A stretch of 25,928 nt of DNA, from IMG/VR virus record IMGVR_UViG_3300005805_000427, positions 1-25,928 of that record; one strand, given 5' to 3'. The notes beneath the pieces are model-generated. The model ran no database searches. It was not told where the DNA came from and was given only the letters and a program-made list of their open reading frames with translations. Shown piece after piece: positions 16,247-25,658 of the stretch (position 1 is its first letter; each line of letters starts with the position of its first letter). This DNA comes from a virus (lineage: Duplodnaviria; Caudoviricetes). A program made the translations under genes and the position numbers.

Positions 16247-16881
16247 ACGTTCCCGAGCATTATCAAATCGACGCGAAGATAGGCGCGCTTCGGTCGAGGG
16301 ATCGTCGCGTGACTGCGGTTTACGATCACGCCTACGTAGCACGATATGAGAACTATCCACAGCGTGAATTGTCGGCGATCAGAGCGAAGCTGGTGCATCG
16401 CTTTTCCGAATTTGCGATCAATGTTTGCGACGTAGGCTGCGGCACAGGTGCTTTCCTCGAAGAGATGAAACGCACGCAGCCGGGAATCGTTTGCTGCGGT
16501 CACGATGTTTCGCCTTACCCGCTTCCGTCTTTTATCAATCGAGTCGGCGCAGACTGGCACGAGTTGCAATGGGACACGGTAACGTTCTTTGATAGTCTTG
16601 AGCACTTCGATTCGCTCGACTTCGTTGAGCATCTGCGCGCTCGTGCGGTGATCGTATCGCTGCCGTGGTATCATCCGTACATGGGATCGGAATGGTTCGC
16701 TCGATGGAAACATCGCAGGCCGGGAGAACATCTCTGGCACTTCACGCCGGTAAGCCTGACGAGACTATTCGCGCAGGCTGGATTCCGTCCGGTCTATGTC
16801 GGCAATCCCGAAGATGAAGTGCGAAAGCCGGATTCGGATTCCTGCGCTCCAAACATTCTGACGATGGCATTTCGCCGATGA
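16243..16881 (+). CDS. Class I SAM-dependent methyltransferase
   Basis: VCDVGCGTGAFL, FFDSLEH, EHLWHFTPVSL; ATG 16243 overlaps upstream stop. Confidence 0.88.
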   Translation: MNVPEHYQIDAKIGALRSRDRRVTAVYDHAYVARYENYPQRELSAIRAKLVHRFSEFAINVCDVGCGTGAFLEEMKRTQPGIVCCGHDVSPYPLPSFINRVGADWHELQWDTVTFFDSLEHFDSLDFVEHLRARAVIVSLPWYHPYMGSEWFARWKHRRPGEHLWHFTPVSLTRLFAQAGFRPVYVGNPEDEVRKPDSDSCAPNILTMAFRR

Positions 16882-17591
16882 AAATCTGTCTCGTATACAG
16901 CCAGCGACTCGGAGACATAATCCGCATCCTGCCGATTGCGCGTCATCTCTCTGCTCAAGGTCACGAGGTCTACATCGAGTGCTTGCCTCAATATGTCGGA
17001 GTTTTTGGTTCCGTTTCCTACGTGCGACCGTCGCTCAGGGAATTGCGCGAATCGGAAGGCTTCGGCAGAGTAATCGACCTCGAAATCTGGCCGCATCGCT
17101 ATGACGAGTTCAGACGCAGCGGGAAATCGTGGGAGGATTTCGTGTTCGGAATATGTCCCGAGTTCTCGAACATCCATCGCAAACCGCACTTCGATTTGAT
17201 CGACGAAAACGACGGCCTCGAAAGCTACGGACTTTCCCGCGAGGTGTGCATTTTTTCTCCATTCGGCTACTCTCAGGCGAGGCACTATAGGTTCTCCGAT
17301 CTGCTCTCCGAATGCCGCAGGCTCGCTTCCAAGCCAATCGTGACGCTTGCCGATCCGGCGCAGGCAAAGCATCTCATTGAGATTGGTTTTCCGAAAAACG
17401 AAATCCTGCGCGCTCGCTCTCAGGCCGACTTGCCGCGCTTGCTGCGTGACGCTGCGGAGGTGTTCACGATAAATTCCGCGCCATGCATCATCGCTGGTGC
17501 CGTCCGTCCTTGGTTCTGGCACGTCTTGTCCGGTTGTGCGCAGGATGACCACTACAGCGCAGCGTCGCGCGTTGTGACACTCGGCACTTAG
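16878..17591 (+). CDS. GT9 (ADP-heptose transferase)-like glycosyltransferase
   Basis: QRLGDIIRILPIARHL N-terminal motif and AAEVFTINSAPCIIAGA (DSGP-like) motif. Confidence 0.7.
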   Translation: MKICLVYSQRLGDIIRILPIARHLSAQGHEVYIECLPQYVGVFGSVSYVRPSLRELRESEGFGRVIDLEIWPHRYDEFRRSGKSWEDFVFGICPEFSNIHRKPHFDLIDENDGLESYGLSREVCIFSPFGYSQARHYRFSDLLSECRRLASKPIVTLADPAQAKHLIEIGFPKNEILRARSQADLPRLLRDAAEVFTINSAPCIIAGAVRPWFWHVLSGCAQDDHYSAASRVVTLGT

Positions 17592-17593
17592 GT

Positions 17594-17914
17594 ATGGCAA
17601 CTGTCAGAGACTTTGATCCGGTGCAGCTCGCGATAGATCAAGGCGCGATCCTCGATCAAGCTGGCGTCACGTTCGCATATCTCGGCAGCACGGTCACGGG
17701 CGTCTGGTCTTCAAGCCGCACGATGTTCTCGGACTTCGAGGATCAGCGAAGAGACGACGTACGCTTCACGGTATTCTTCACGACTTCACAGGTGAGCGGC
17801 ACGCCTGCGCAGACTACGACTTGCGTGCGTGCTGGCGTGACCTACTTCGTCGAGCAAGTGCGCTTTGACGTCGAGGGAAATGGCTGCGAAATGGACGTGA
17901 TTAAGGCGATATGA
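17594..17914 (+). CDS. Head-tail joining protein (FII-like)
   Basis: 106-aa beta-rich ORF at the start of the neck cluster; synteny. Confidence 0.65.
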   Translation: MATVRDFDPVQLAIDQGAILDQAGVTFAYLGSTVTGVWSSSRTMFSDFEDQRRDDVRFTVFFTTSQVSGTPAQTTTCVRAGVTYFVEQVRFDVEGNGCEMDVIKAI

Positions 17915-18804
17915 TCGCGATCACGCTCAACTCGGCGAAGCTCGATTATGCCTTGCAGCGATTAGCATCGGCGGCGCGCGTGGATTTGGGCAAGGTAATC
18001 AAACAAGAAGGCGGCAACGTCGCGAAGTCGATAATGATGATCATTCCTCCAACGCCTGTGCCGGGAAGCACGAAGCCGCGCGGGTCTGGGCTTTCGACCA
18101 AGGCGAAGCAGCAAGGCGAGAACGCGATCAAATCCGATCTGTTCGGAGGACGCCGTCGTCGGGTTGGTAGTGGAGCGAAACAAAAAATCGCTACATCGCT
18201 GGGCATCTTTCAGCGCATCGGAAATTCTAGGGTGACGCCACCGAAGCGCGCACGCACCGAGACCGTCAATGTTCGGCTGGGCTGGGAAAATTCAAAGAGC
18301 ATCCGCATTTACTGGAAGTTCTGGAAGCCCAGCGCATCGGTGGCTGAGATGAATGACTTTCATCTGCGTTACCGGAACCAATACGGACGAATCGGTTACG
18401 TCTCGCGGAACACAATCGGACGCTGGAAAGTTCAGGATCAGATGTGGATCTCGAATGAGACCGCTGACAACTACCTGAATTGGGTCCAATCGCGAGTTGG
18501 ATGGGCCAAGGCTGGCTTTGCATCCGCTGCGCTTGCCTGCGGCATCCGCATCCCGGCGTGGGTTCGTCGGCACGCGCCGAAGGCTGGCACTTCGAGCGTC
18601 AACTTCGGCGCGAATCCCTACGTGATCGGCACGGCGACCGCGATCAAGGTTCCGAATCCTGACCGGTACGTGAACGCGGGCCTTGAGTTTCGAAAGAAGA
18701 TCACGTTGAAGAAGGTCGATGCGATCCTTGCAAATCGCGCGGTCAATCTAGGTTTCGCGCGTGTCGATGGCGCGGGCCGCGTGCAAGACAATATGCCGCA
18801 ATGA
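17911..18804 (+). CDS. Putative neck / tail completion protein (basic)
   Basis: Arg/Lys-rich ORF between head closure and tail terminator genes; synteny only. Confidence 0.55.
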   Translation: MIAITLNSAKLDYALQRLASAARVDLGKVIKQEGGNVAKSIMMIIPPTPVPGSTKPRGSGLSTKAKQQGENAIKSDLFGGRRRRVGSGAKQKIATSLGIFQRIGNSRVTPPKRARTETVNVRLGWENSKSIRIYWKFWKPSASVAEMNDFHLRYRNQYGRIGYVSRNTIGRWKVQDQMWISNETADNYLNWVQSRVGWAKAGFASAALACGIRIPAWVRRHAPKAGTSSVNFGANPYVIGTATAIKVPNPDRYVNAGLEFRKKITLKKVDAILANRAVNLGFARVDGAGRVQDNMPQ

Positions 18805-19232
18805 GCACAAGAACCAACATCCGAAACGCCATCGCGAATGCGCTCACGACTCAAGGCGTCGTTGTCACCGCGAACATCCTCAAGGGCCGCAACAATACGC
18901 TGGCGTCGGTTTCGTTCCCATCGTGCGCCGTATATGCCGTCCATGAGGACATTGAGGTGCGGACGCTCGCGCCAGCGAATCGCGATCAGTATCGAGTTCT
19001 GCAAGTCGTCGTGGAATACTTCACGGCGCAGACCTCAACGACTTTGATAGACGACTTATTCGACACGGGATCTGCTGCTGTCGAGGCCGCAGTTTTGTCA
19101 GATGTTACACTCGGAGGAGTTTGTCGCGATACCCATTTGACGAGTGTGGATTATATGATCGAACCAGATGAAAATCTTCGCTGGGGCGTGGCTCGTCATA
19201 ACTTCAACTGCATATATTTAACTACCGACTAA
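18801..19232 (+). CDS. Tail terminator protein
   Basis: STRTNIRNAIANAL, FPSCAVYAVHE, VEAAVLSDVTLGG; directly upstream of the tail tube gene. Confidence 0.75.
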   Translation: MSTRTNIRNAIANALTTQGVVVTANILKGRNNTLASVSFPSCAVYAVHEDIEVRTLAPANRDQYRVLQVVVEYFTAQTSTTLIDDLFDTGSAAVEAAVLSDVTLGGVCRDTHLTSVDYMIEPDENLRWGVARHNFNCIYLTTD

Positions 19233-19233
19233 C

Positions 19234-19620
19234 ATGGCAAACCATCTCGGACGCGAAGGCACCGTCAAAATCTCCTCGACCACGATTGGAGAACTACGCA
19301 ATTACGCACTCGCCCACTCCTCCGACGTTGTCGAGGACTCGGTGCTCGGCGATACGTACCGCTCGCGCAAGGCGACGATGAAGACGTGGAGCGTCAACGG
19401 CGACCTCTACTGGGACGAAACCGACGCCGGTCAGATCGCGCTGACTATCGGCTCGACTGTGACCGTGAACCTGTATCCCGAGGGCATCGCCTCGACCTCG
19501 ACATACTACAGCGGCAGCGGCATCGTGACGAAGTTCGACATTTCGGCCTCGTTCGACGGCATGGTCGAAGGCTCGATCAGCATCGAGGGCAATGGCGTTC
19601 TCTCGACTTTGACAGTCTGA
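19234..19620 (+). CDS. Tail tube (major tail) protein
   Basis: GREGTVK, KTWSVNGDLYWD, YSGSGIVTKF...SISIEGNG, typical of siphovirus tube proteins. Confidence 0.85.
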   Translation: MANHLGREGTVKISSTTIGELRNYALAHSSDVVEDSVLGDTYRSRKATMKTWSVNGDLYWDETDAGQIALTIGSTVTVNLYPEGIASTSTYYSGSGIVTKFDISASFDGMVEGSISIEGNGVLSTLTV

Positions 19621-19628
19621 GGTGACGC

Positions 19629-19952
19629 ATGGATGCAATCGAATTAGTCCGCGAACACTTCGCCTCACTCGGCACTCGAAAGATCGAGGTTCCCGAATGG
19701 AAGCTCACCGTTCATGCCGCGCCTGTAACTCTCGCCGAAAAAAACCGGCTCTATAAAAAGAGCCGCGAGAGTGACATGGAACTGCTGGTTGATCTGCTGA
19801 TCATGAAGGCAAGCGACGCGAACGGGAAAAAGCTCTTCACGATTGACGACAAGCCGACGCTGATGAATCGAGCTGATTCCAATGTCGTGGGCCGCGTCGC
19901 AAATGCGATTCTCGCGGATGACGCGCCGAAGGTTGACGAGTTAAAAAACTAA
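19629..19952 (+). CDS. Tail assembly chaperone (gpG-like)
   Basis: VPEW, DANGKKLF, ends ELKN at a slippery site; between tube and tape measure genes. Confidence 0.85.
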   Translation: MDAIELVREHFASLGTRKIEVPEWKLTVHAAPVTLAEKNRLYKKSRESDMELLVDLLIMKASDANGKKLFTIDDKPTLMNRADSNVVGRVANAILADDAPKVDELKN

Positions 19953-20110
19953 CGGACGGCGAGGCAGGAGCCGACCTCCTCGCCGTCTACGCACTCGCGG
20001 AAAAGCTCGGCAAGTTCGCGCACGAAGTTCTCGAAATGCCAGCAAACGAAATGCAGGGCTGGCTCGCCTTTTACCATCATCAAAATCGCCTGAGAAAATC
20101 CAATGGCTAG
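19943..20110 (+). CDS. -1 frameshift extension of the chaperone (gpGT-like)
   Basis: Slippery heptamer A AAA AAC (19943-19949); -1 frame open to TAG 20110: LTDGEAGADLLAVYALAEKLGKFAHEVLEMPANEMQGWLAFYHHQNRLRKSNG. Confidence 0.82.
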   Translation, partial: KKLTDGEAGADLLAVYALAEKLGKFAHEVLEMPANEMQGWLAFYHHQNRLRKSNG

Positions 20111-21458
20111 TGCATCATTCACACTTCGGGCGGTAGATCAGACGCGGGCTGCGTTCGCCAGCGTGCAGAACTCGCTCGGTCGTCTGGAAAAGCAGACGAT
20201 GGCGGTTGCCAAAATTACGAAGCTAGCGTTCGGCGGCGAGGCAATAGTCGGAACGCTGAACATGATGCGTCAGCGGATTGATAAGGTGATAGAGTCTGGA
20301 GAGGAAATGGGATTTGATGATAAGCAAATCGCTGCTGCTCTCCGATTTGAAGATACAATAAATGGCATATTGGATACGCTCACCAAGATTCCGCTGGTTC
20401 TTTCTCAACTCGGTTTTAATCTTGGCGATGCTTTTTCTCCGCTGACTGAAGGAGAAATCGAAGATAGAATCAGGCGGTTAAAATTTGATAGAGCGCAAAA
20501 GGAGATTCTTTCGACCGTTGAAGCTACGAAGAAACTGCAAGACGAGTTTGATCTGATGGGTATCAGCGCAGGTGCTTCTGCGGATGAAGCTCGTCGAATG
20601 GCAACCGCGCTTTTCGAACAAGCCGTTGCGACATTTGCAACCAATCCGTCGAAGGGATTTCAGCTTCAGCAGCAGGCACTCGAAATGCTGAATCGCTCCA
20701 AGCAAGGCACAATAGATCTCGATAAAGAGATTCAACAAGCGCAGGACGAACTAAATAAGGTGCTGCCGGAATCACAACGTGTAGGAATGTCGCAGGCGGA
20801 TCTCATCGAAGGACTTCGTGAGCGGTATCGCCAACTTACAATAGATGTCACCGATCTGAATACTGCGCTCGCTGCTTATCGTGAAGTCGGCGGACCAGTC
20901 GGAGAGACGCAGGATATGCTTCTGAAGAAACTGAAGGAGCAATCGGTTGTCTCTGCTCAATTAAACAAGCTACTCGACGAACAGGGAAAGATTGCGCAGG
21001 AAGCGGGACAGATAACCGCTGGCGCATTCGAGGATGCGATTCTGTCCGGTGAAAAACTCCGCGACACGATGCGCGCACTTGCGCAGGATTTGATCCGACT
21101 GCTTTTCCGGCAGCAGATCACCGAGCCGCTGGCGAAGAATGTCGGTTCCTTCTTCACGGGATTATTCGCTGGGCGCGCAACTGGAGGTCCTGTGACTGGA
21201 AACACTCCGTATATTGTCGGCGAGCGTGGACCGGAATTGTTCGTGCCGACTTCATCCGGCAACATCATCTCCAATGCCGCAATGCGTTCCGGCGGCGGCG
21301 CACCAGCGATGGGAGGCGTGACGGTCAACTACAACATCGCCGCAGGCGTGACGCGCGGCGAATTGCTGCCGATTCTGGAAGCCGAGCGCAAGCGGCTCAA
21401 GGCCGAGATTCCCGACATGGTGCGACGCGGAGGATCATATCGCGCCGCGTTCGCCTGA
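20103..21458 (+). CDS. Tail tape measure protein (short, 451 aa)
   Basis: LRAVDQTRAAFASV N-terminus, helical middle, RATGGPV...YIVGERGPELFVP C-terminal motif. Confidence 0.9.
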   Translation: MASASFTLRAVDQTRAAFASVQNSLGRLEKQTMAVAKITKLAFGGEAIVGTLNMMRQRIDKVIESGEEMGFDDKQIAAALRFEDTINGILDTLTKIPLVLSQLGFNLGDAFSPLTEGEIEDRIRRLKFDRAQKEILSTVEATKKLQDEFDLMGISAGASADEARRMATALFEQAVATFATNPSKGFQLQQQALEMLNRSKQGTIDLDKEIQQAQDELNKVLPESQRVGMSQADLIEGLRERYRQLTIDVTDLNTALAAYREVGGPVGETQDMLLKKLKEQSVVSAQLNKLLDEQGKIAQEAGQITAGAFEDAILSGEKLRDTMRALAQDLIRLLFRQQITEPLAKNVGSFFTGLFAGRATGGPVTGNTPYIVGERGPELFVPTSSGNIISNAAMRSGGGAPAMGGVTVNYNIAAGVTRGELLPILEAERKRLKAEIPDMVRRGGSYRAAFA

Positions 21459-21463
21459 CGATC

Positions 21464-22045
21464 ATGGCTATCACATATCCACTCACGCCGCCTTCACCAT
21501 TTCGCGTCTCGCGCTTGTCGCTGACGGGAATGAGTGCGACCTCGCGCAACGTCTCGCCGTTCACGCTTCAGACGCAACAATACAACTGGCCGGGACAAGC
21601 GTGGATGGGCCAGGTCGAATGTCCGCCGATGGTGCGCGCTGATGCCGAGGCGGTGATCGCGTTCCTGCTGGCGGCGCAGCGCGGCACGTTCTACTTCCAG
21701 GATTACGCCAACCCGACGAACCGCGGCGGCGTTACTGGCACGCTGACCGTCTCCAGCGCGACGGCCAATACATCAACGCTCACGTTCAGCGGCGCGAGCG
21801 GCTCCTTCGCGCTGGGCGACTGGCTCCAGATCTCGACCTCACTCTACAAGGTCATTCAAGTCAACTCATCGAGCAGCGTGGAGCTTTTCCCTGCGCTTCG
21901 CTCAAGCTACGCAGGCGGGACCGTGATCACATATGCGAACGCCAAGGGAATCTTCCGGCTGGCCGAGCCGAAGACCGACTGGTCGATTGATCTGGCGAAC
22001 ATCTACGGCGTCTCGTTTTCCATCGTCGAGGAGGTCGCGACATGA
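21464..22045 (+). CDS. Distal tail protein (Dit-like)
   Basis: Follows tape measure; SPFTLQTQ...W, LGDWLQI...LYKV, VELFPALR. Confidence 0.7.
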   Translation: MAITYPLTPPSPFRVSRLSLTGMSATSRNVSPFTLQTQQYNWPGQAWMGQVECPPMVRADAEAVIAFLLAAQRGTFYFQDYANPTNRGGVTGTLTVSSATANTSTLTFSGASGSFALGDWLQISTSLYKVIQVNSSSSVELFPALRSSYAGGTVITYANAKGIFRLAEPKTDWSIDLANIYGVSFSIVEEVAT

Positions 22046-22698
22046 GCATAACAACGCCGGGACGCTCCCTGTCTGCCGATATGGTCACCGAGGTGACGAC
22101 GGCGCAGCTCGCTCCGATTCTGCTCGCTTCATTGAGCTTCTCGACTCCGGTGCACCTCTGGACCGGATACGGCAATCTCGTATACAATTCGACGACGTAC
22201 CTTGGACTCGGTACGTTTGGCACGATCTCTCCGATACAAGAGACGACCGATCTGGCCGCGCGCGGATTGACCATGCGACTCTCTGGCGTGCCGACTGCGA
22301 ATGTTGCTCTGGCGTTGACCGAGAGTTACCAAGGCCGCGAGTGCGCGATCATGTTCGGTGCGCTCTCGCCGACGTCCGGCACGCTGATCTCGTCGCCGGT
22401 CACGATCTTTTCCGGTCGCATGGACGTGATGCAAGTGACGGATGACGGTCAGTCAGCCGAGATCACGATGAGCGCAGAATCGAAGCTGATGGACTTTCGC
22501 CGTCCGCGCGAGACTCGATATACACACGAAGATCAGCAGACTCTCTTTCCGACGAATGGAGCTATCCCGGCACCCGATCTCGGACTTGAATTCGTGAATG
22601 ACATTCAGGAGAAGCCTATATACTGGGGAAATTCCAACGCAACACAGGCAACGAACTGGGATTCTGGAGACGAGACGAGTGCTCAGACATACGAATGA
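22042..22698 (+). CDS. Tail hub / minor tail protein
   Basis: HLWTGYG, YLGLG, IFSGRMD, RYTHEDQQ..FP..D.GLEFV...IYWG. Confidence 0.72.
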   Translation: MSITTPGRSLSADMVTEVTTAQLAPILLASLSFSTPVHLWTGYGNLVYNSTTYLGLGTFGTISPIQETTDLAARGLTMRLSGVPTANVALALTESYQGRECAIMFGALSPTSGTLISSPVTIFSGRMDVMQVTDDGQSAEITMSAESKLMDFRRPRETRYTHEDQQTLFPTNGAIPAPDLGLEFVNDIQEKPIYWGNSNATQATNWDSGDETSAQTYE

Positions 22699-23099
22699 CA
22701 CGAACCGACAACTGGCCGAGTCTGCTTGCTGCGTTCATCGAGGAGCGCAGGTACTTGCCCTTTGCGTGGGGATCGAATGATTGCTGCCTGTTCGCTGCCG
22801 ATTGGATTCGGTGCGTCTGCGGAATCGACTTCGCCGAGGACTTGCGCGGCACATATTCAACCGCGCTTTCCGCTGCGCGTGTATTGCGCAGGCATCGCGG
22901 CGTGATCGCTCTCGCCGAGGTCAAGGCCGGTCTTGACCGCAAGCCAATCGAACTTGTCCAGCGCGGCGATCTCATGGCTTTCGAGGTTCCCGGCGGCGTC
23001 GCACTCGGCATCTGCATTGGCTCAGTCGGTGCCGTCGTTGGAGCGCGAGGATTAGAGTTCCCAACAATCAATCGCGCCTGCGCCGCGTGGAAAGTATAG
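22695..23099 (+). CDS. NlpC/P60-like tail-associated protein (DUF6950-like)
   Basis: PFAWGSNDCCLFAADW...G.D, QRGDL motifs. Confidence 0.8.
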   Translation: MTRTDNWPSLLAAFIEERRYLPFAWGSNDCCLFAADWIRCVCGIDFAEDLRGTYSTALSAARVLRRHRGVIALAEVKAGLDRKPIELVQRGDLMAFEVPGGVALGICIGSVGAVVGARGLEFPTINRACAAWKV

Positions 23100-23100
23100 T

Positions 23101-25656
23101 ATGCCGCAAAGTGCTTTCATTCCGATAGCGACAAAGATCGTCGGATTGTTCGTCGGTGGAGCCGGTGCTGCGGCAACTGCATACACCTATGCCGTTGCGC
23201 AAGTGGCAGCGGTGCTTCAGTTCGTCGCGCTCACCGCCGCTTCGATGGCGACGAATAAACTACTGGCACCGAAAATGCCGGGTTTTTCGGATTCGTCTCT
23301 CGCCGACCGGACGCAGATGGTGCGGTCGCCGATTGCTGCGCGCCAAGTCGTCTATGGCGAAACGCGAGTGTCCGGCGTTCTCGTCTATATCTCCACGACC
23401 GGAACGAAGAATGAGTATCTCAACATGGTCATCGCGCTCGCCGCGCATGAGGTCGAGGAGATTGGCGACGTATATTTCAACGACGAGCTGGCGCATACCG
23501 GACTGGGACCGTCTGCGACAGGACGCTTCGCAGGATATGCCGAGGTATACAAGAAGCTCGGCGGCGATAGTCAGACGGCCGACACGAATCTGATCTCGGC
23601 GACGGCCAGCTTGACGAACGGCAAATGGACGAGCGCGCATCGTCTGCGCGGGATTGCTTACATCTACGTTCAGTTGAAGTGGAGCGATCAGGTCTGGCTC
23701 GGCGGCATCCCGAACATCTCGGCGAACATCAAAGGCAAGAAGGTATTCGATCCGCGCACGTCAACGACTGTATACTCGGCCAACGCTGCCCTCTGTCTGC
23801 GCGATTATCTGACCGACTCGACCTACGGACTCGGACTCTCGACGAACGAGATCGACGACACGGCATTCACCGCAGCGGCCAACATCTGCGACGAACAGGT
23901 GCAAGTGCTCCCGGCATCGCCGACCGTTTACGAGAACCGATACGAGGCGAATGGCGTGCTCTATTCGAGCGCATCGCCGGATGATAACATCGGCAAATTG
24001 CTTTCTGCGATGGGCGGTTTGATCGCCTATTCTGGAGGCCGCATCATTCCGTATGCGGCAGGCTATCGCATTCCGACCGTCACGCTCACCGACACGGATT
24101 TCGTCGGTCCAATTTCGGTCATCACAAAGACCAGTTCCCGCGACCGAGTGAACGCGGTCAAAGGCGTGTTCGTATCCGAAAAAAGCGAATGGCAACCGAC
24201 CGACTTCCCGCCGCAAATCTCGCCGACATATTACGCGCAGGACAATTCGATCCGATACTGGCGCGACGTTGTGCTGCCGATGACGACTTCGAGCAGCGCG
24301 GCGCAGCGCATCTCACGCATTGAGCTTCAACGCGCGCGACAGGAGGTGACGCTCACCGGACGCTTCCGTCTCGATGCCATGCAAGTGCGCGCGGGCGATA
24401 CGGTGATGGTCACGCTGGCGAAGTTCGGCTGGACGAACAAAGTGTTTGAGGTTCTCGACTGGCACTTCGCGTCTGATGGATCGCCGCCGCAACTCGGCAT
24501 TGAGATGACGCTGCGCGAGACTGCATCGTCGGTCTATAATTGGAACGTGTCCGACGAAATCGAGGTCGATCAGACGCCGACCACGACGCTGCCAAATCCG
24601 TTCAGCATCACGGGTCCGACGAACTTGACCTTGCTAGCCGATGGCACGACGCAACTGCTGCAAGTTGACGGAACGTTGTTGCCTCGAATCCGCGTGTCGT
24701 GGTCTGCGCCGAGCGAGGAGTTTGTGCAATCTGGCGGCACGATTGGCATCGAATACAAGGAGGGAACCTCGACCACTTATCTCAACTGGAGCACCGTTCC
24801 CGGCGATCAGTTCATCGACTACATTTCCTCAGATGTGAAAGTCGGTCTTTCGTATGATGTGCGCATATACGCGCAGAGCTATTTCAAAGTTTCTAGCACC
24901 TATGTAACGGCATCCGTTACGGTGGAGGCCGGTACGACTCCTCCCGCTGCTCCAACTGGTGCTTCGATTTCCGGCGACGGAGTGAAGCCAAAATACTTTC
25001 CCGGCACTCATGTCTTTCTGTTCGGAACGCGCATTGGATGGTCACCGAATACGGAAAGCGATTTCAGTCACTATGAAATCAAGGCAACTACAACCGATTC
25101 CGACGCGGCCACGAATTACTCTTGGACTCCATACGACGGAGTGAACTTTTTCGTTACCACTAGCGACACAGAAACCTTCTTATACAACGCAACTCTCGGA
25201 GCTGGTTATGTGCGAATTCGCGCAGTCAACCGATCTGGAGTGGCTTCTTCGTGGACTTCGGTTGGCAATGCAAACTCCATCGGCAACTCCAGCATTGGAG
25301 CAGGAAGCATCGCCGCTCAGAATTTCGATGATGTTGAAACAACCGGCATCAAGACCGGAGACGGATCGGCGACTCGACAAGTCAACGTCCGCTACGAAAT
25401 CTCCGACATAGTCTCGCTGACTGGCGGAAGCCCGACCGAAACCATCGCCATCGACACGACGAATCGCGGCTTCAACACCAAGCCTGACGCGGGCTGGATA
25501 CAATGCGCGAGCGACTCGAACATCAGCGGCGTGTACGACTTCGACAACGCGAGCAACTCGTCGACAACTTCATACTTCAACTTGCAGTCGGTGGACGGCA
25601 CGAATTTGCCTGCGGGCAATGAGCGGTTCTCGGTGCAACTCGTAGACTACACTTGA
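23101..25656 (+). CDS. Tail tip / host-specificity protein (gpJ-like) with FN3-like domains
   Basis: RQVVYGETRVSG, HRLRGIAY, KGKKVFDPR, NAALCLRDYL, RVNAVKG; C-terminal VSWSAP and VRIRAVNRSG FN3-like strands. Confidence 0.88.
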   Translation: MPQSAFIPIATKIVGLFVGGAGAAATAYTYAVAQVAAVLQFVALTAASMATNKLLAPKMPGFSDSSLADRTQMVRSPIAARQVVYGETRVSGVLVYISTTGTKNEYLNMVIALAAHEVEEIGDVYFNDELAHTGLGPSATGRFAGYAEVYKKLGGDSQTADTNLISATASLTNGKWTSAHRLRGIAYIYVQLKWSDQVWLGGIPNISANIKGKKVFDPRTSTTVYSANAALCLRDYLTDSTYGLGLSTNEIDDTAFTAAANICDEQVQVLPASPTVYENRYEANGVLYSSASPDDNIGKLLSAMGGLIAYSGGRIIPYAAGYRIPTVTLTDTDFVGPISVITKTSSRDRVNAVKGVFVSEKSEWQPTDFPPQISPTYYAQDNSIRYWRDVVLPMTTSSSAAQRISRIELQRARQEVTLTGRFRLDAMQVRAGDTVMVTLAKFGWTNKVFEVLDWHFASDGSPPQLGIEMTLRETASSVYNWNVSDEIEVDQTPTTTLPNPFSITGPTNLTLLADGTTQLLQVDGTLLPRIRVSWSAPSEEFVQSGGTIGIEYKEGTSTTYLNWSTVPGDQFIDYISSDVKVGLSYDVRIYAQSYFKVSSTYVTASVTVEAGTTPPAAPTGASISGDGVKPKYFPGTHVFLFGTRIGWSPNTESDFSHYEIKATTTDSDAATNYSWTPYDGVNFFVTTSDTETFLYNATLGAGYVRIRAVNRSGVASSWTSVGNANSIGNSSIGAGSIAAQNFDDVETTGIKTGDGSATRQVNVRYEISDIVSLTGGSPTETIAIDTTNRGFNTKPDAGWIQCASDSNISGVYDFDNASNSSTTSYFNLQSVDGTNLPAGNERFSVQLVDYT

Positions 25657-25658
25657 TC

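Noticed and set aside
17594-25656. Gene transfer agent or contractile tail system
   Set aside because: No sheath or baseplate wedge genes; lambda-type terminase and portal plus accessory genes fit a siphophage.
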